From the NCBI GenBank assembly GCA_045544055.1, contig JAZPYF010000045.1, forward strand, positions 13,597 to 77,596: a stretch of 64,000 nt of DNA, written 5' to 3'. The notes under the pieces are model-generated. The model worked only from the letters and a program-made list of their open reading frames with translations. It had not been told where the DNA came from and made no database searches. The position numbers were made by a program, and so were the translations under genes. Source of the DNA: Acutalibacteraceae bacterium. GTDB taxonomy: Bacteria; Bacillota; Clostridia; Oscillospirales; Acutalibacteraceae. Positions 1 to 9,386 of this stretch are shown here, one piece after another; the first letter of the stretch is position 1; each line of letters opens with the position of its first letter.

Positions 1-392
1 AGGTTGAGGCATTCTTCAATGCAAGCACCTATATTGCCTGCATCGTGTACAAGTATAACGCTTGCACCGTAATGCTCAACGAGCTTTCTTCTTTCTTCAC
101 TTACGGAGTCGGGCATGATGATTACTGTTTTGTAGCCCTTAACTGCGCCGACAAGGGCAAGACCGATTCCCTGGTTGCCGCTTGTGGGCTCGACAATTGT
201 TGTGTTTTCGTTGATAAGACCCTTTGCCTCAGCATCGCAAATCATATTGTAGGCTGTACGGGTTTTGATTGAGCCTCCTACATTGAGACCCTCAAATTTT
301 ACAAGTATTTCGGCACTGTCAGGCTCTGCCATATGGGAGAGTCTGATAATCGGCGTGTTGCCGATTGCCTCGAGAATGTTGTTGCAAACCAT
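1..392 (-). CDS. cysK: cysteine synthase A / O-acetylserine sulfhydrylase, N-terminal ~130 codons (the rest lies beyond the window edge)
   Basis: Own minus-strand translation from ATG at 392: MVCNNILEAIGNTPIIRLSHMAEPDSAEILVKFEGLNVGGSIKTRTAYNMI...VEPTSGNQGIGLALVGAVKGYKTVIIMPDSVSEERRKLVEHYGASVILV. It has the PLP-lysine context GGSIKTR and the TSGNQG loop of CysK-type enzymes. GAGGAG RBS ~9 nt upstream. Absent from the ORF track because it runs off the window. Confidence 0.8.
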   Translation of the reverse strand, partial: MVCNNILEAIGNTPIIRLSHMAEPDSAEILVKFEGLNVGGSIKTRTAYNMICDAEAKGLINENTTIVEPTSGNQGIGLALVGAVKGYKTVIIMPDSVSEERRKLVEHYGASVILVHDAGNIGACIEECLN

Positions 393-647
393 AGCATTTA
401 TCTCCTCAAAAAAGCGTTTTGTTCTCAGCTTTATTCTATGCCCTTGCGGCGTATTTCGTGTTGTGCATAATATAACAGATAAAATTATAAACTAATTTTA
501 TCATAAAAACAATTCCTTATTGAGAAGAATCTGCGCTGATTTTTATACTGTTTTTTGTACAGAATGTATGCTGAATAACAAACACTTGAAAAATTGCGGT
601 TTATAATGTAAAATTATATCTCAGATAAAAACAGAGGAGGGAGCTAA

Positions 648-1910
648 ATGAGAAATCCGCTTGCGGACAGACTTCGGCCGCAGAGCATTGATGATATGGT
701 CGGTCAGCGTCACCTGCTCGGTGAGGGCAAGGCTCTGCGCAGAATTATTGATTCGGGTGAGGTGCCTAACCTCATTTTCTACGGTCCGTCAGGTGTCGGC
801 AAAACAACTCTTGCCGAGATACTTGCAAAGCGTACAAACAAATATTTTTGCAAGCTCAACGGCACAACTGCCTCTACCGCAGATATAAAGGATATTATCG
901 CTCAGTCACAGACCCTCAGCGCAATAAACGGCGTGCTGCTGTATCTGGATGAGATACAGTACTTCAACAAAAAACAGCAGCAGACATTGCTCGAGTATAT
1001 TGAAGACGGCTCGATTACGCTGATTGCCTCTACAACGGAAAACCCGTATTTCTATGTTTATAATGCGGTGCTCAGCCGTTCAACGGTATTTGAGTTTAAG
1101 AGCGTTACTCCGCAGGAGATTGAGCCTGCAATACTGCGTGCCTTCGATTTTCTTGCCAAAGAGGGCGGAATGGAGTTTGAGCTTGAGGAGGGCGTGCTTC
1201 ATCACATTGCCTGCGGCTGCGGCGGTGACGTGCGCAAGGCAATGAATTCTGCCGAGCTTTGTGCAATGGCGTCACAAACGGTTGACGGTAAACGGCTCGT
1301 CACGCTCGAAATTGCAAGCCAGCTCACCCAGAGAAGCGCCTTCAGATATGACAAAGAGGGCGACGAGCATTACGATATTGTTTCCGCCTATCAGAAATCA
1401 ATGCGAGGTTCAGACCCGGATGCGGCGATCCACTACCTTGCACGCCTGCTTGAAGCGGGTGACCTTCCCTCGGCTTGCCGCAGACTTCTCGTCTGTGCCA
1501 ATGAGGATGTCGGTCTTGCCTATCCGCAGTTGATTCCGATTGTCAAGGCGGCGGTTGATACCGCACTCCAGGTTGGTATGCCCGAGGCGAGGATACCGCT
1601 TGCCAATGCGGTAATTCTTGTTGCAACCGCTCCGAAATCGAACTCGGCCTACGAAGCCGTAGACGCTGCACTTGCCGATATCAGAGCAGGTAAAAGCGGA
1701 CCGATTCCGAGAACCTTGCAGAACAAGCATTTTGACGGTGAAGATAATGACCGCAAGGGTCAGTTCTACAAATATCCCCATGCGTTTGACAACCATTGGG
1801 TCAGCCAGCAGTATCTGCCCGATTCGCTCAAGGGCCGCAGATACTATAACTACGGCGATAACAAGACCGAGCAGGCGGCAAAGGCATACTGGGACAAAAT
1901 CAAAAAATAA
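648..1910 (+). CDS. rarA: replication-associated recombination protein A (AAA+ ATPase, MgsA/RarA family)
   Basis: 420-aa ORF. Walker A GPSGVGKTTLA, Walker B LLYLDEIQYF, C-terminal MgsA-type segment HYDIVSAYQKSMRGSDPDAAIHYLARLLEAGD. GGAGGGAG RBS just upstream. Confidence 0.9.
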   Translation: MRNPLADRLRPQSIDDMVGQRHLLGEGKALRRIIDSGEVPNLIFYGPSGVGKTTLAEILAKRTNKYFCKLNGTTASTADIKDIIAQSQTLSAINGVLLYLDEIQYFNKKQQQTLLEYIEDGSITLIASTTENPYFYVYNAVLSRSTVFEFKSVTPQEIEPAILRAFDFLAKEGGMEFELEEGVLHHIACGCGGDVRKAMNSAELCAMASQTVDGKRLVTLEIASQLTQRSAFRYDKEGDEHYDIVSAYQKSMRGSDPDAAIHYLARLLEAGDLPSACRRLLVCANEDVGLAYPQLIPIVKAAVDTALQVGMPEARIPLANAVILVATAPKSNSAYEAVDAALADIRAGKSGPIPRTLQNKHFDGEDNDRKGQFYKYPHAFDNHWVSQQYLPDSLKGRRYYNYGDNKTEQAAKAYWDKIKK

Positions 1911-1958
1911 ACAAAAAAATTACGGCGATGCAGTTTACTTTCTGCATCGCCGTATTTG

Positions 1959-3938
1959 TTATTTGATATAGGGCAGGGGATTTACCGTATTGCCGTTGAC
2001 GATAACCTCAAAATGAAGGTGAGCGCCCGAGCTGTTACCCGTGTTACCAACACGGCCGATTGCCTGTCCTCTTGAAACTCTCTGACCGACGGATACTGAA
2101 ATCGAGCCGTCGAGCATGTGAGCGTAACGTGTCTTGACACCGTTGCCGTGGTTGATGACAACCTGGTTGCCGTAGCTTCTGTTGCTGAACTTGACAAGCT
2201 CAACAGTACCGCTGTCGGCAGCGAGAACGAGCTTACCCGAGGCGTTGCCGCCCGAAATATCAAGACCTGTGTGAAAGCCGCTTCTGCGGTTGCCGTAGTA
2301 AGAGGTGATTGTATAAAGTCCCGAAACGGGCCATACAAATTTACCCTTTGAAACAACCTCGTAGCCTCCGCCGTAGACAGACGGTCTCTTTGTACCTATC
2401 TGTACTTTTTCCGCAACAGGCTCGATGAGTGTTACACGGCCAATTTCCTGCGACTCGGTGCGTACACCGTCGATATATGTTACAAGATATGTTACCTTGT
2501 CCGTACCCTTTACACCCTTGCGGATAACACGCTTGTCGCCGCGGAAAAGCTTGGAGGATTCGACTGTTTCGGTTTCGTAGGGTGTGGAAACATTCTGCTC
2601 AACAACCTTGATGATTTTAACACGTACGAAGTTTACCTCGGACGATATCATTAGCTCTGTACCGGTTTTGAAAACCTTGAAGTTAACTCCGGGGTTGAGA
2701 GCCATCAGCTCGGAGGTTGAAATATCAAACTTGTCGGCTACCTCGGAGGGAGTGTCGCCGTCCTGAACATAGTAGTAAACAGCCTCGCTCTTTTTCTCGT
2801 TTTCGAGAGTGTCGAGCAGACGGGATGCTTCCCACATGGAGCCTGCATCGTCAGGGTAAAGACCCTGCATGAATTTTACTTCTTCAACAAAGTCGGCAAA
2901 TGAATTTTCATCGTCTGCCTCAATTTTGTACTGCTGCTCAGCAGCTCTGAGCAGGTTGTTGAAAACGCTTCGTGCATCGGTTTCATTTTTGACCGAGCAG
3001 ATAAAGTCGCCGTTGATGTAAACACCGCAGGCGTTTGTCAGTTTTGAGTCGGAATTTTCAATGAGTCTGTCGCTGATTGCATCAGCATCGCTCAGCTCGT
3101 TGCGCTTGACTCGTGTGATTTTATACGTCGGGTTTGCGATAAGTGCCTCTTCATTGTCGCTGATACCCGAATCGATTCTGTCCTTGACAATTGTGCGTGC
3201 GTCAATAAAGACGGATTCGTTGCTTATGTAGCCGAGTGAGCATTGCTCACCGTTATTGTCAACAAGTACTTCAAGCGCATAGGTCGAGCTTGTCCACGAT
3301 GTGACGGTAATAACGAGAACAGCAAGTGCAGCCGCAGGGGCAAGCAGATTGAACGCTGTTCTGAAAACGTGCGGATGCTTTTTGAAAGCACCTTTTATGT
3401 ACTGACGGATTTTCTGCCGTCTTTCTTTGGGCAAGCCCTTGAAGCTTGTACGGATTCCTCGAATAGCCTTGCGGGATTCTTCTCTGAGCTTGCGGAATTC
3501 CTCTGCCGAGCCTTTGACGGAGCGCAGGAAAAGCGTGTCGAGAATTACGATGAAAATTCCTGCGAAAACCTTTAATGCGTGCAGCGGTCGGCGGAATACC
3601 GACTTGATTATATAGCCGACATGGCGTACATGACGGATTATCAGCAGACCGAACATATAAATCCAGTCATAAAGGCTGCCTGTGCCGCGATCTGTGGTTT
3701 CAATCTGTCTTGACGGTTCGGTTTTTGGGGCAGGAGGAGCTTCAGGCTCCTTCACAGTTTTCTCAACCGTGTAAACCGGTTTTTCTATATTGAAAATCGG
3801 CATATCGGCAAGGAAACCGAAAATTCCGTATTCGCTGAGAGCCTGCCCGCCGTCAGCGCTGTTATCTATATCTGAAACGGAAACGTATTCCGGGTTCTGA
3901 GCAGAGTCTTTATTACTGTTTCTGATTTCTTCTGACAC
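1959..3938 (-). CDS. membrane-anchored M23 family metallopeptidase with LysM-like and G5-like segments
   Basis: C-terminal M23 motifs HTGLDISG and GNTGNSSGAHLHFEV. LysM-like YYYVQDGDTPSEVADKFDISTSELMALNPG. G5-like STPYETETVESSKLFRGDKRVIRKGVKGTDKVTYLVTYIDGVRT. Hydrophobic helices in the N-terminal third. Start set to GTG 3938 (GGAGG 7 nt upstream) rather than the track's TTG 3944 (1 nt from the SD). Confidence 0.85.
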   Translation of the reverse strand: MSEEIRNSNKDSAQNPEYVSVSDIDNSADGGQALSEYGIFGFLADMPIFNIEKPVYTVEKTVKEPEAPPAPKTEPSRQIETTDRGTGSLYDWIYMFGLLIIRHVRHVGYIIKSVFRRPLHALKVFAGIFIVILDTLFLRSVKGSAEEFRKLREESRKAIRGIRTSFKGLPKERRQKIRQYIKGAFKKHPHVFRTAFNLLAPAAALAVLVITVTSWTSSTYALEVLVDNNGEQCSLGYISNESVFIDARTIVKDRIDSGISDNEEALIANPTYKITRVKRNELSDADAISDRLIENSDSKLTNACGVYINGDFICSVKNETDARSVFNNLLRAAEQQYKIEADDENSFADFVEEVKFMQGLYPDDAGSMWEASRLLDTLENEKKSEAVYYYVQDGDTPSEVADKFDISTSELMALNPGVNFKVFKTGTELMISSEVNFVRVKIIKVVEQNVSTPYETETVESSKLFRGDKRVIRKGVKGTDKVTYLVTYIDGVRTESQEIGRVTLIEPVAEKVQIGTKRPSVYGGGYEVVSKGKFVWPVSGLYTITSYYGNRRSGFHTGLDISGGNASGKLVLAADSGTVELVKFSNRSYGNQVVINHGNGVKTRYAHMLDGSISVSVGQRVSRGQAIGRVGNTGNSSGAHLHFEVIVNGNTVNPLPYIK

Positions 3939-4060
3939 GGACAAACCTCCAATCTTAAAAATGACAAAGTTGTAACAATTTGAGTCAAATAGTTACAACT
4001 TTGTAACTATTATACCATTAAAAACAGTATTTATAATTACAAAAAAGAATAATAACTATA

Positions 4061-4525
4061 TTATTCGGGATATTTGAGCGTTTTTACGCTTACGCTCTTC
4101 ATTATCTCAACCATTCTTGCAGCCTCAGCTTTTGCTCCGTTGAGGTCGTGGTCACGGTAGTTGCCACATTCCTTTGCGCTTACGCCGGGAATCTCACCCT
4201 CATAGGCGGCAATAAAATCAAAGGCCTGCTTTGTCAGGTCAATAGCCTGCTCGGGTGAAATATCCGTACCGCGCACAAGAAAGTAAAAGCCTGTGCGGCA
4301 GCCCATAGGGCCAAAGTAGATAACGCCGTCGCTCAGCGGTGAGTTGCGTACAAAGGTCGCAAAAAGATGTTCAACCGTGTGGATTGAAGCGTTGTCCATA
4401 ACCTCTTCAACATTAGGCTTGCGGCAGCGGATGTCGTAGGTTACGATGTCACCGTCAACGCGTGATGTGTACATTCCGCAGGGAAGAATTGTATGGTCGA
4501 TTGTAAAGCTTGCAATTTTTTTCAT
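4061..4525 (-). CDS. luxS: S-ribosylhomocysteine lyase
   Basis: 154 aa. Metal motif HTVEHLF and GPMGCRTGFY, colinear with LuxS throughout. Confidence 0.9.
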   Translation of the reverse strand: MKKIASFTIDHTILPCGMYTSRVDGDIVTYDIRCRKPNVEEVMDNASIHTVEHLFATFVRNSPLSDGVIYFGPMGCRTGFYFLVRGTDISPEQAIDLTKQAFDFIAAYEGEIPGVSAKECGNYRDHDLNGAKAEAARMVEIMKSVSVKTLKYPE

Positions 4526-4540
4526 TATTTCAATACTCCT

Positions 4541-5065
4541 TTATACCTTGAAAATTCTTTTTGCCGTTCCGCTTTTTTTGAGAAGTATTCTCAGCGGAAT
4601 ACCGAGCAGACAGCACACCGCAAGCTCACCTATTCCGACCTGAAGCGCAGAGATTGCAAAGCCTGCCCAGGTGATGCCCTCGGGCAGAAAAACGGCAATT
4701 TCAATTCCGATTATAACGGCGTTGAAAAGCGTTGAAAAAACAGGTGCGAGCAGATAACCGGCTTTGGATGAAACATTCCTTGTTGCATAGGTGAAATACG
4801 CGGCAAGAAAGGTTGCAAGTGTGCCGAGCACAATGTCAAGTATGCCGAAAGGGCTGCTGAGGTTGCCGATAAAACAGCCGATTGTGAGCCCCGGTATTGC
4901 CGCAGGAGTGAAGCAGGCAAGCACGGTCAGCGCCTCGGAAAAGCGGAACTGAATACTGCCGTATGCGAGGTTGAGAATGCTCGCGGCATAGGTAAGTGCG
5001 GCGTAAAGTGCCGCAATCAGCGCAGCGTGGGCAATATATACTGTTGCTTTCCTGTTTTTGTTCAC
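4541..5065 (-). CDS. queT: QueT-like queuosine-precursor transporter (ECF S-component-like membrane protein)
   Basis: 174 aa, about five hydrophobic helices. The N-terminal ALIAALYAALTY...IQFRFSEALTVL pattern is as I recognise it from QueT. GTG start with AGGAG 9 nt upstream. Confidence 0.6.
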   Translation of the reverse strand: MNKNRKATVYIAHAALIAALYAALTYAASILNLAYGSIQFRFSEALTVLACFTPAAIPGLTIGCFIGNLSSPFGILDIVLGTLATFLAAYFTYATRNVSSKAGYLLAPVFSTLFNAVIIGIEIAVFLPEGITWAGFAISALQVGIGELAVCCLLGIPLRILLKKSGTAKRIFKV

Positions 5066-5100
5066 GGAATTATACTCCTTTTGTTTTTACACTACCCTTT

Positions 5101-5130
5101 ATTATACATAAAAGCAAATGTATTTGTCAA
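5101..5130 (-). promoter_or_regulatory. sigma-A-type promoter for queT
   Basis: Minus strand reads TTGACA (5130-5125), an 18-nt spacer, then TATAAT (5106-5101), about 30 nt upstream of the queT RBS. Confidence 0.55.
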
Positions 5131-5282
5131 ATGTGTTTGGCAGATTCATCACTAAAAACAAATTTTCTTTAAGAGAAAAACAGCTGTATTGCATATTTAA
5201 CATAATTTCGTCTCGATTTTCGTCACTTTGACTAGGAGATAGCCTTCCGATATAAACAATTTGTTAAAATAATATAAATTTG

Positions 5283-5312
5283 TTGACAAGTATTATAATT
5301 ACTTGTTAAAAT
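5283..5312 (+). promoter_or_regulatory. sigma-A-type promoter overlapped by a perfect 7-bp inverted repeat (candidate operator) for the 5371-11350 cluster
   Basis: TTGACA 5283-5288, 18-nt spacer, TAAAAT 5307-5312. Inverted repeat ACAAGTA (5286-5292) / TACTTGT (5300-5306) fills the spacer. Confidence 0.5.
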
Positions 5313-5370
5313 AAAGTGATTTTAATATAGGCGGCGAATAAGCGCCGCCTGATATAAGGAGGAAAGTGCT

Positions 5371-6129
5371 TTGACAGATTCAAAGACAATGGCCTACATA
5401 AATATGTACGCTGTTCTCGGCACACTTGAAAATCTTTGTGAGATCGACCCTGTCGCATCCGCAATCATTTCCAATCAAAAACCTATCTCCATCGGTTTTG
5501 ATGTAGCAGGCGGCCCCAAGGCTACTATCTACTTCAAGAACGGCAGATGCCGTATGGAGCAGGGCTGCTCAGCTTGTGATGTAAAGCTTCCGTTCAGCTC
5601 CTGTGAGAAGTTCAACGGACTTATCGACGGCACAGTAACGCCCATCCCCTCAAAGGGCTTCCAGCACATCGGCTTCCTGCTCAAGGGCTTTACCGCTCTG
5701 ACAGACCGTCTCTCAGCTCTTATGCGTCCCACACCTGAGGACCTTGAGGACAGAGAGTTCTTCGAAACCAGCACAAGACTCATGTTCTACACAATCTCCG
5801 TTGCTCTTTCACAGATTGCCAACAACGACGAGATCGGTAAGTTCTCCGCTCACCTCATCCCCGACGGTGAGATCGCTTTCAGCATTAAGGATGATGTTGC
5901 AGCAACAATCCGTGTAAAGAATCACAGACTTGTCACAGTCAAGCAGCGCTGCGAAAATCCCCGTGCATTCATGGAATTTGCAGATATTGATCTTGCACGT
6001 GACCTGTTCGACGGTAAGGTCAATGCTGTTGCCTGCATAGGCGAGGGCAAGATCGAGATGAAGGGCATGATCAATATGATCGACAATCTCAACAGAATAC
6101 TCGACAGAGTAGCTCTGTACTTAGCATAA
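5371..6129 (+). CDS. hypothetical protein with SCP2-like (sterol-carrier-like) C-terminus; paralogue of 9387-10196
   Basis: 252 aa. TTG start 8 nt after AAGGAGG. C-terminal FDGKVNAVACIGEGKIEMKGMINMIDNL resembles the SCP2 GKLKIxGxM motif. Colinear weak similarity to the protein at 9387-10196. Confidence 0.45.
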   Translation: MTDSKTMAYINMYAVLGTLENLCEIDPVASAIISNQKPISIGFDVAGGPKATIYFKNGRCRMEQGCSACDVKLPFSSCEKFNGLIDGTVTPIPSKGFQHIGFLLKGFTALTDRLSALMRPTPEDLEDREFFETSTRLMFYTISVALSQIANNDEIGKFSAHLIPDGEIAFSIKDDVAATIRVKNHRLVTVKQRCENPRAFMEFADIDLARDLFDGKVNAVACIGEGKIEMKGMINMIDNLNRILDRVALYLA

Positions 6130-6146
6130 ACGGAGGTGCAGAAAGA

Positions 6147-7409
6147 ATGAGTTTCCCGATTTACGACCATACAAAAAGCCGTGAGCTTTTTGACAGAGCC
6201 ACAAAGGTAATTCCCTCCGGTGTTTACGGTCACCTCGGCCCGGCGGAAGGTAACTTTATTCCCGTTTGCGACTGGCCGCTCTTCGGCGAGAAAGCAAAGG
6301 GCACATACTTCTGGGATGTTGACGGCAACAAGTACATCGACTATATGTGTGCATACGGCCCCAACGTTCTCGGCTATAACGATAAGGATGTTGACGCTGC
6401 AGCTATGGCTCAGGCAAAGCTCGGCAACTGTATGACATCTCCCGGCAAGGTAATGCTTGAGTTTGCAGAGCTTATGGTTGACACAGTCAACTGTGCGGAC
6501 TGGGCTTTCTTTGCAAAGAACGGTAACGACGTTACTACCTGCGCTATCATGACAGCACGTGCTGCAACACACCGCAAGAAGATTATTTTCGTAAACGGCT
6601 TCTATCACGGTGTTTCTCCCTGGACACAGAAGGTTGACTATCCCGGCGTTATCCCCGAGGATGTTGCAAACAACCTCTATGTTGACTGGAATGATTATGA
6701 GGCACTTGAAAAGCTCGTTGATGAAAACGACGGTGAGATTGCCGCATTTATCTCCACTCCCTATATGCACGGCAACTATCGTGACAACGAGACACCTGCT
6801 GACGGCTACTGGCAGAAGGTCCGCGACCTTTGCACACGCAAGGGCATCGTTCTCATCGTTGATGATGTTCGCTGCGGTTTCAGACTTGATATAGCAGGCT
6901 CCGACCATTACTACGGCTTCGAGGCGGACCTCATCTGCTTCTGTAAGGCACTTGCAAACGGCTGGAACGTATCCTGCCTTTGCGGTAAGGAATCACTCAA
7001 GAGCTCCGTCAGTGCTCTGAGCTACACAGGCAGCTACTGGATGAGCGCAATTCCCTTTGCTGCAGGTATTGCCTGTATCAACAAGATGAAGAAGCTCGAC
7101 ACTCCCAAGCTGTTCCGCGAAAAGGGCCTCAAGCTCACAGACGGTCTTAAGGAAGCTGCTGCAAACAACGGTTTTGACCTTGTTGTTTCCGGTGAACCCT
7201 CACTGTTCTATCTGCGAATCGCAAATGATAATTCAATGATGCTCCACCAGGAGTGGGTTGCAGAATGTGTCAAGAGAGGTATATTCTTCTCCAGCCATCA
7301 CAACCACTTCATCAATGCAGCTCTTTCAGATAAGGATATTGCTCTCACTCTTGAAGTTGCCGATGAGGCATTCAAGGTTGTTGCTGCAAAGCATCCCGAG
7401 CTTTTCTGA
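6147..7409 (+). CDS. class-III (GSA-aminomutase-like) PLP-dependent aminotransferase
   Basis: 420 aa. N-terminal RATKVIPSGV, DVDGNKYIDYMCAYGPNVLGY, VDDVRCGFR, and the presumed PLP lysine in FCKALANGW. Starts 17 nt after the preceding gene. Confidence 0.8.
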   Translation: MSFPIYDHTKSRELFDRATKVIPSGVYGHLGPAEGNFIPVCDWPLFGEKAKGTYFWDVDGNKYIDYMCAYGPNVLGYNDKDVDAAAMAQAKLGNCMTSPGKVMLEFAELMVDTVNCADWAFFAKNGNDVTTCAIMTARAATHRKKIIFVNGFYHGVSPWTQKVDYPGVIPEDVANNLYVDWNDYEALEKLVDENDGEIAAFISTPYMHGNYRDNETPADGYWQKVRDLCTRKGIVLIVDDVRCGFRLDIAGSDHYYGFEADLICFCKALANGWNVSCLCGKESLKSSVSALSYTGSYWMSAIPFAAGIACINKMKKLDTPKLFREKGLKLTDGLKEAAANNGFDLVVSGEPSLFYLRIANDNSMMLHQEWVAECVKRGIFFSSHHNHFINAALSDKDIALTLEVADEAFKVVAAKHPELF

Positions 7410-7463
7410 GATAAATTATTTTGATTTTTTAATGAAAATAAATATAATAGGAGGAAAAAAGAA

Positions 7464-8333
7464 ATGCCATTAACCAAACAAGAGTGGCTTGCACTCGAAA
7501 AAAAGGCACACGAACTTCGTAAGCTCTGCCTTGATACAACCTTCTGGGCAGGCAGTGCTCACATCGGCGGTGGTATGAGCGTTATGGATATCATGACTGT
7601 TCTTTACCACAAGTATATGCACCTTGACAAGGAGAACCCCAACTGGGAGGACAGAGACAGATTCATCCTCAGTAAGGGTCACGCAGGTGTTGCTTACGCT
7701 GCTGTTCTTTGCGACTACGGCTACAACGATCCCGAGCAGCTCAAGACTTTCAACCTTTCAAATTCCAAGATGGGTATCCATCTTGACTCCAATAAGGTTG
7801 TCGGTGCAGACGCTTCAACAGGTTCTCTCGGCCACGGTCTTTCAATCGCAGCAGGTACAGGTCTTGCCGCAAGAATCAAGGGCAAGGATTACAAGACTTT
7901 CTGCGTACTCGGTGACGGCGAATGTGACGAAGGCTCTAACTGGGAGGCTGCAATGACAATCGCTCACTACAACATCACAAACGTTATCTCTTTTGTTGAC
8001 CGTAACCAGTGCATGATCGACGGTCCGACAGAAGAAGTTATGAAGCTCGAGCCCTTCTGCGATAAGTGGCGTGCATTCGGCTTCCACGTTATCGAAATTG
8101 ACGGTAACAACATCAAGGAGCTTTGCGAAGCTATCGACTACGCTTACGAGCACACAGACAAGCCGGTTATGATTGTTGCAAACACAATCAAGGGCTGCTG
8201 TATCGACTATATGGAGAACGATTACAAGTGGCACTACGGCGCTCTCAATGAAGAGAAGTACGAACTTGCAAAGAAGAGCCTTGAGGCAGCATACAAGAAG
8301 CGCTGCGAAAGAGCAGAAAAGGAGGGTGCATAA
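7464..8333 (+). CDS. transketolase, N-terminal (TPP-binding) subunit
   Basis: 289 aa. HIGGGMSVMDI, SKGHAG, and TPP motif GDGECDEGSNWEA...N. GGAGGA RBS. Confidence 0.9.
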   Translation: MPLTKQEWLALEKKAHELRKLCLDTTFWAGSAHIGGGMSVMDIMTVLYHKYMHLDKENPNWEDRDRFILSKGHAGVAYAAVLCDYGYNDPEQLKTFNLSNSKMGIHLDSNKVVGADASTGSLGHGLSIAAGTGLAARIKGKDYKTFCVLGDGECDEGSNWEAAMTIAHYNITNVISFVDRNQCMIDGPTEEVMKLEPFCDKWRAFGFHVIEIDGNNIKELCEAIDYAYEHTDKPVMIVANTIKGCCIDYMENDYKWHYGALNEEKYELAKKSLEAAYKKRCERAEKEGA

Positions 8334-8336
8334 GCT

Positions 8337-9347
8337 ATGGCAGGCGGACTTACATATACAGCTACCGAATCAACAGCTTTCTCAACAGCTGAATATTACG
8401 GTAAGACTCTCGTAGAACTCGGTCAGGAGCATGACGATGTTGTCGCTCTCACAGCTGACCTTGGTAAATCGACAAAAATCGGTATGTTCGGTGAGCATTT
8501 CCCGGACAGATTCTTCAACGTAGGTATTGCTGAGCAGAATATGTTCGGTGTTGCAGCAGGTATGGCTAAGGCAGGCCTTGTTCCTTTCCTTTCCACCTTC
8601 TCGGTTTTCGCTTCTCTCAGAAGTGCTGACCAGCTCCACACAGATATCTGCTACCAGAATGTCAATGCAAAGATTATTGCAACTCACGCCGGTACATCTT
8701 TCGGTCAGGCAGGCTCAACACACCACGCAATCTGCGATATGGCTGTTGTTCGCTCAATGCCCAACATCACTCTCATCTGCCCTGCAGACGGCCTTGAAAC
8801 AGTTAACGCTGTCCGTGCAGCTTATGAGAATCCCGGCCCCTACTACATCAGAATCAACCGCGGCTTTGACCGTGTTCTTTACGAAACAACAGACTACGGC
8901 TTCGAGGTCGGCAAGGCTGTTCAGCTCAAAGAGGGTACAGATATCACCGTTATTGCTTGCGGTTCCTGTGCTTTCCAGGCTCTCCAGGCGGCAAACTTCC
9001 TTGAGAATGCAGACGGTCTGAAGGTCAGAGTTATCAATATGCACACAATCAAGCCCCTTGATAAAGAGGCTGTTGTCAAGGCAATTATGGATACACGCCG
9101 TATCATCACAGTAGAGGATCACTCCGTTATCGGCGGTCTCGGTGCTGCTGTTGCAGAGGTTATTGCCGAAACAGGTAAGGGCTGTGCATTCAGGCGCCTC
9201 GGTATCCAGGATCAGTTCGCTCCCATCGGTCTGCACGAGGATATTATGTCCTCACTCGGTATCGATTCCAACGGTATCATCGCAGCAGTCCGTGAGGCAA
9301 TGAACGCTGACTTTGAGCTTGACGACGATTGGGACGACGAGGTTTAA
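8337..9347 (+). CDS. transketolase, C-terminal (pyrimidine-binding) subunit
   Basis: 336 aa. FNVGIAEQNMFGVAAGMA motif. Starts 3 nt after the N-terminal subunit stop, with GGAGG inside the upstream gene end. Confidence 0.9.
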   Translation: MAGGLTYTATESTAFSTAEYYGKTLVELGQEHDDVVALTADLGKSTKIGMFGEHFPDRFFNVGIAEQNMFGVAAGMAKAGLVPFLSTFSVFASLRSADQLHTDICYQNVNAKIIATHAGTSFGQAGSTHHAICDMAVVRSMPNITLICPADGLETVNAVRAAYENPGPYYIRINRGFDRVLYETTDYGFEVGKAVQLKEGTDITVIACGSCAFQALQAANFLENADGLKVRVINMHTIKPLDKEAVVKAIMDTRRIITVEDHSVIGGLGAAVAEVIAETGKGCAFRRLGIQDQFAPIGLHEDIMSSLGIDSNGIIAAVREAMNADFELDDDWDDEV

Positions 9348-9386
9348 TCTACGGATTGAATTTCAACGCAGAAAGGATTGATTTTT

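Noticed and set aside
4061-4525. luxS as part of an AI-2 quorum-sensing locus
   Set aside because: No lsr-type transporter, kinase or regulator genes are adjacent. LuxS alone is explained by the activated-methyl cycle.
5066-5100. Possible preQ1 riboswitch upstream of queT
   Set aside because: Only ~30 nt lie between the predicted -10 box and the SD. I could not fold the 5-bp P1 stem plus A-rich tail of a preQ1-I aptamer from AAAGGGTAGTGTAAAAACAAAAGGAG. A covariance-model search would settle it.
5922-6908. 328-aa minus-strand ORF antisense to the aminotransferase gene
   Set aside because: It lies entirely inside, and antisense to, a gene with clear PLP-aminotransferase motifs. Its translation is Cys/Val/Asn-rich low-complexity sequence with no RBS, which is typical of a shadow ORF.
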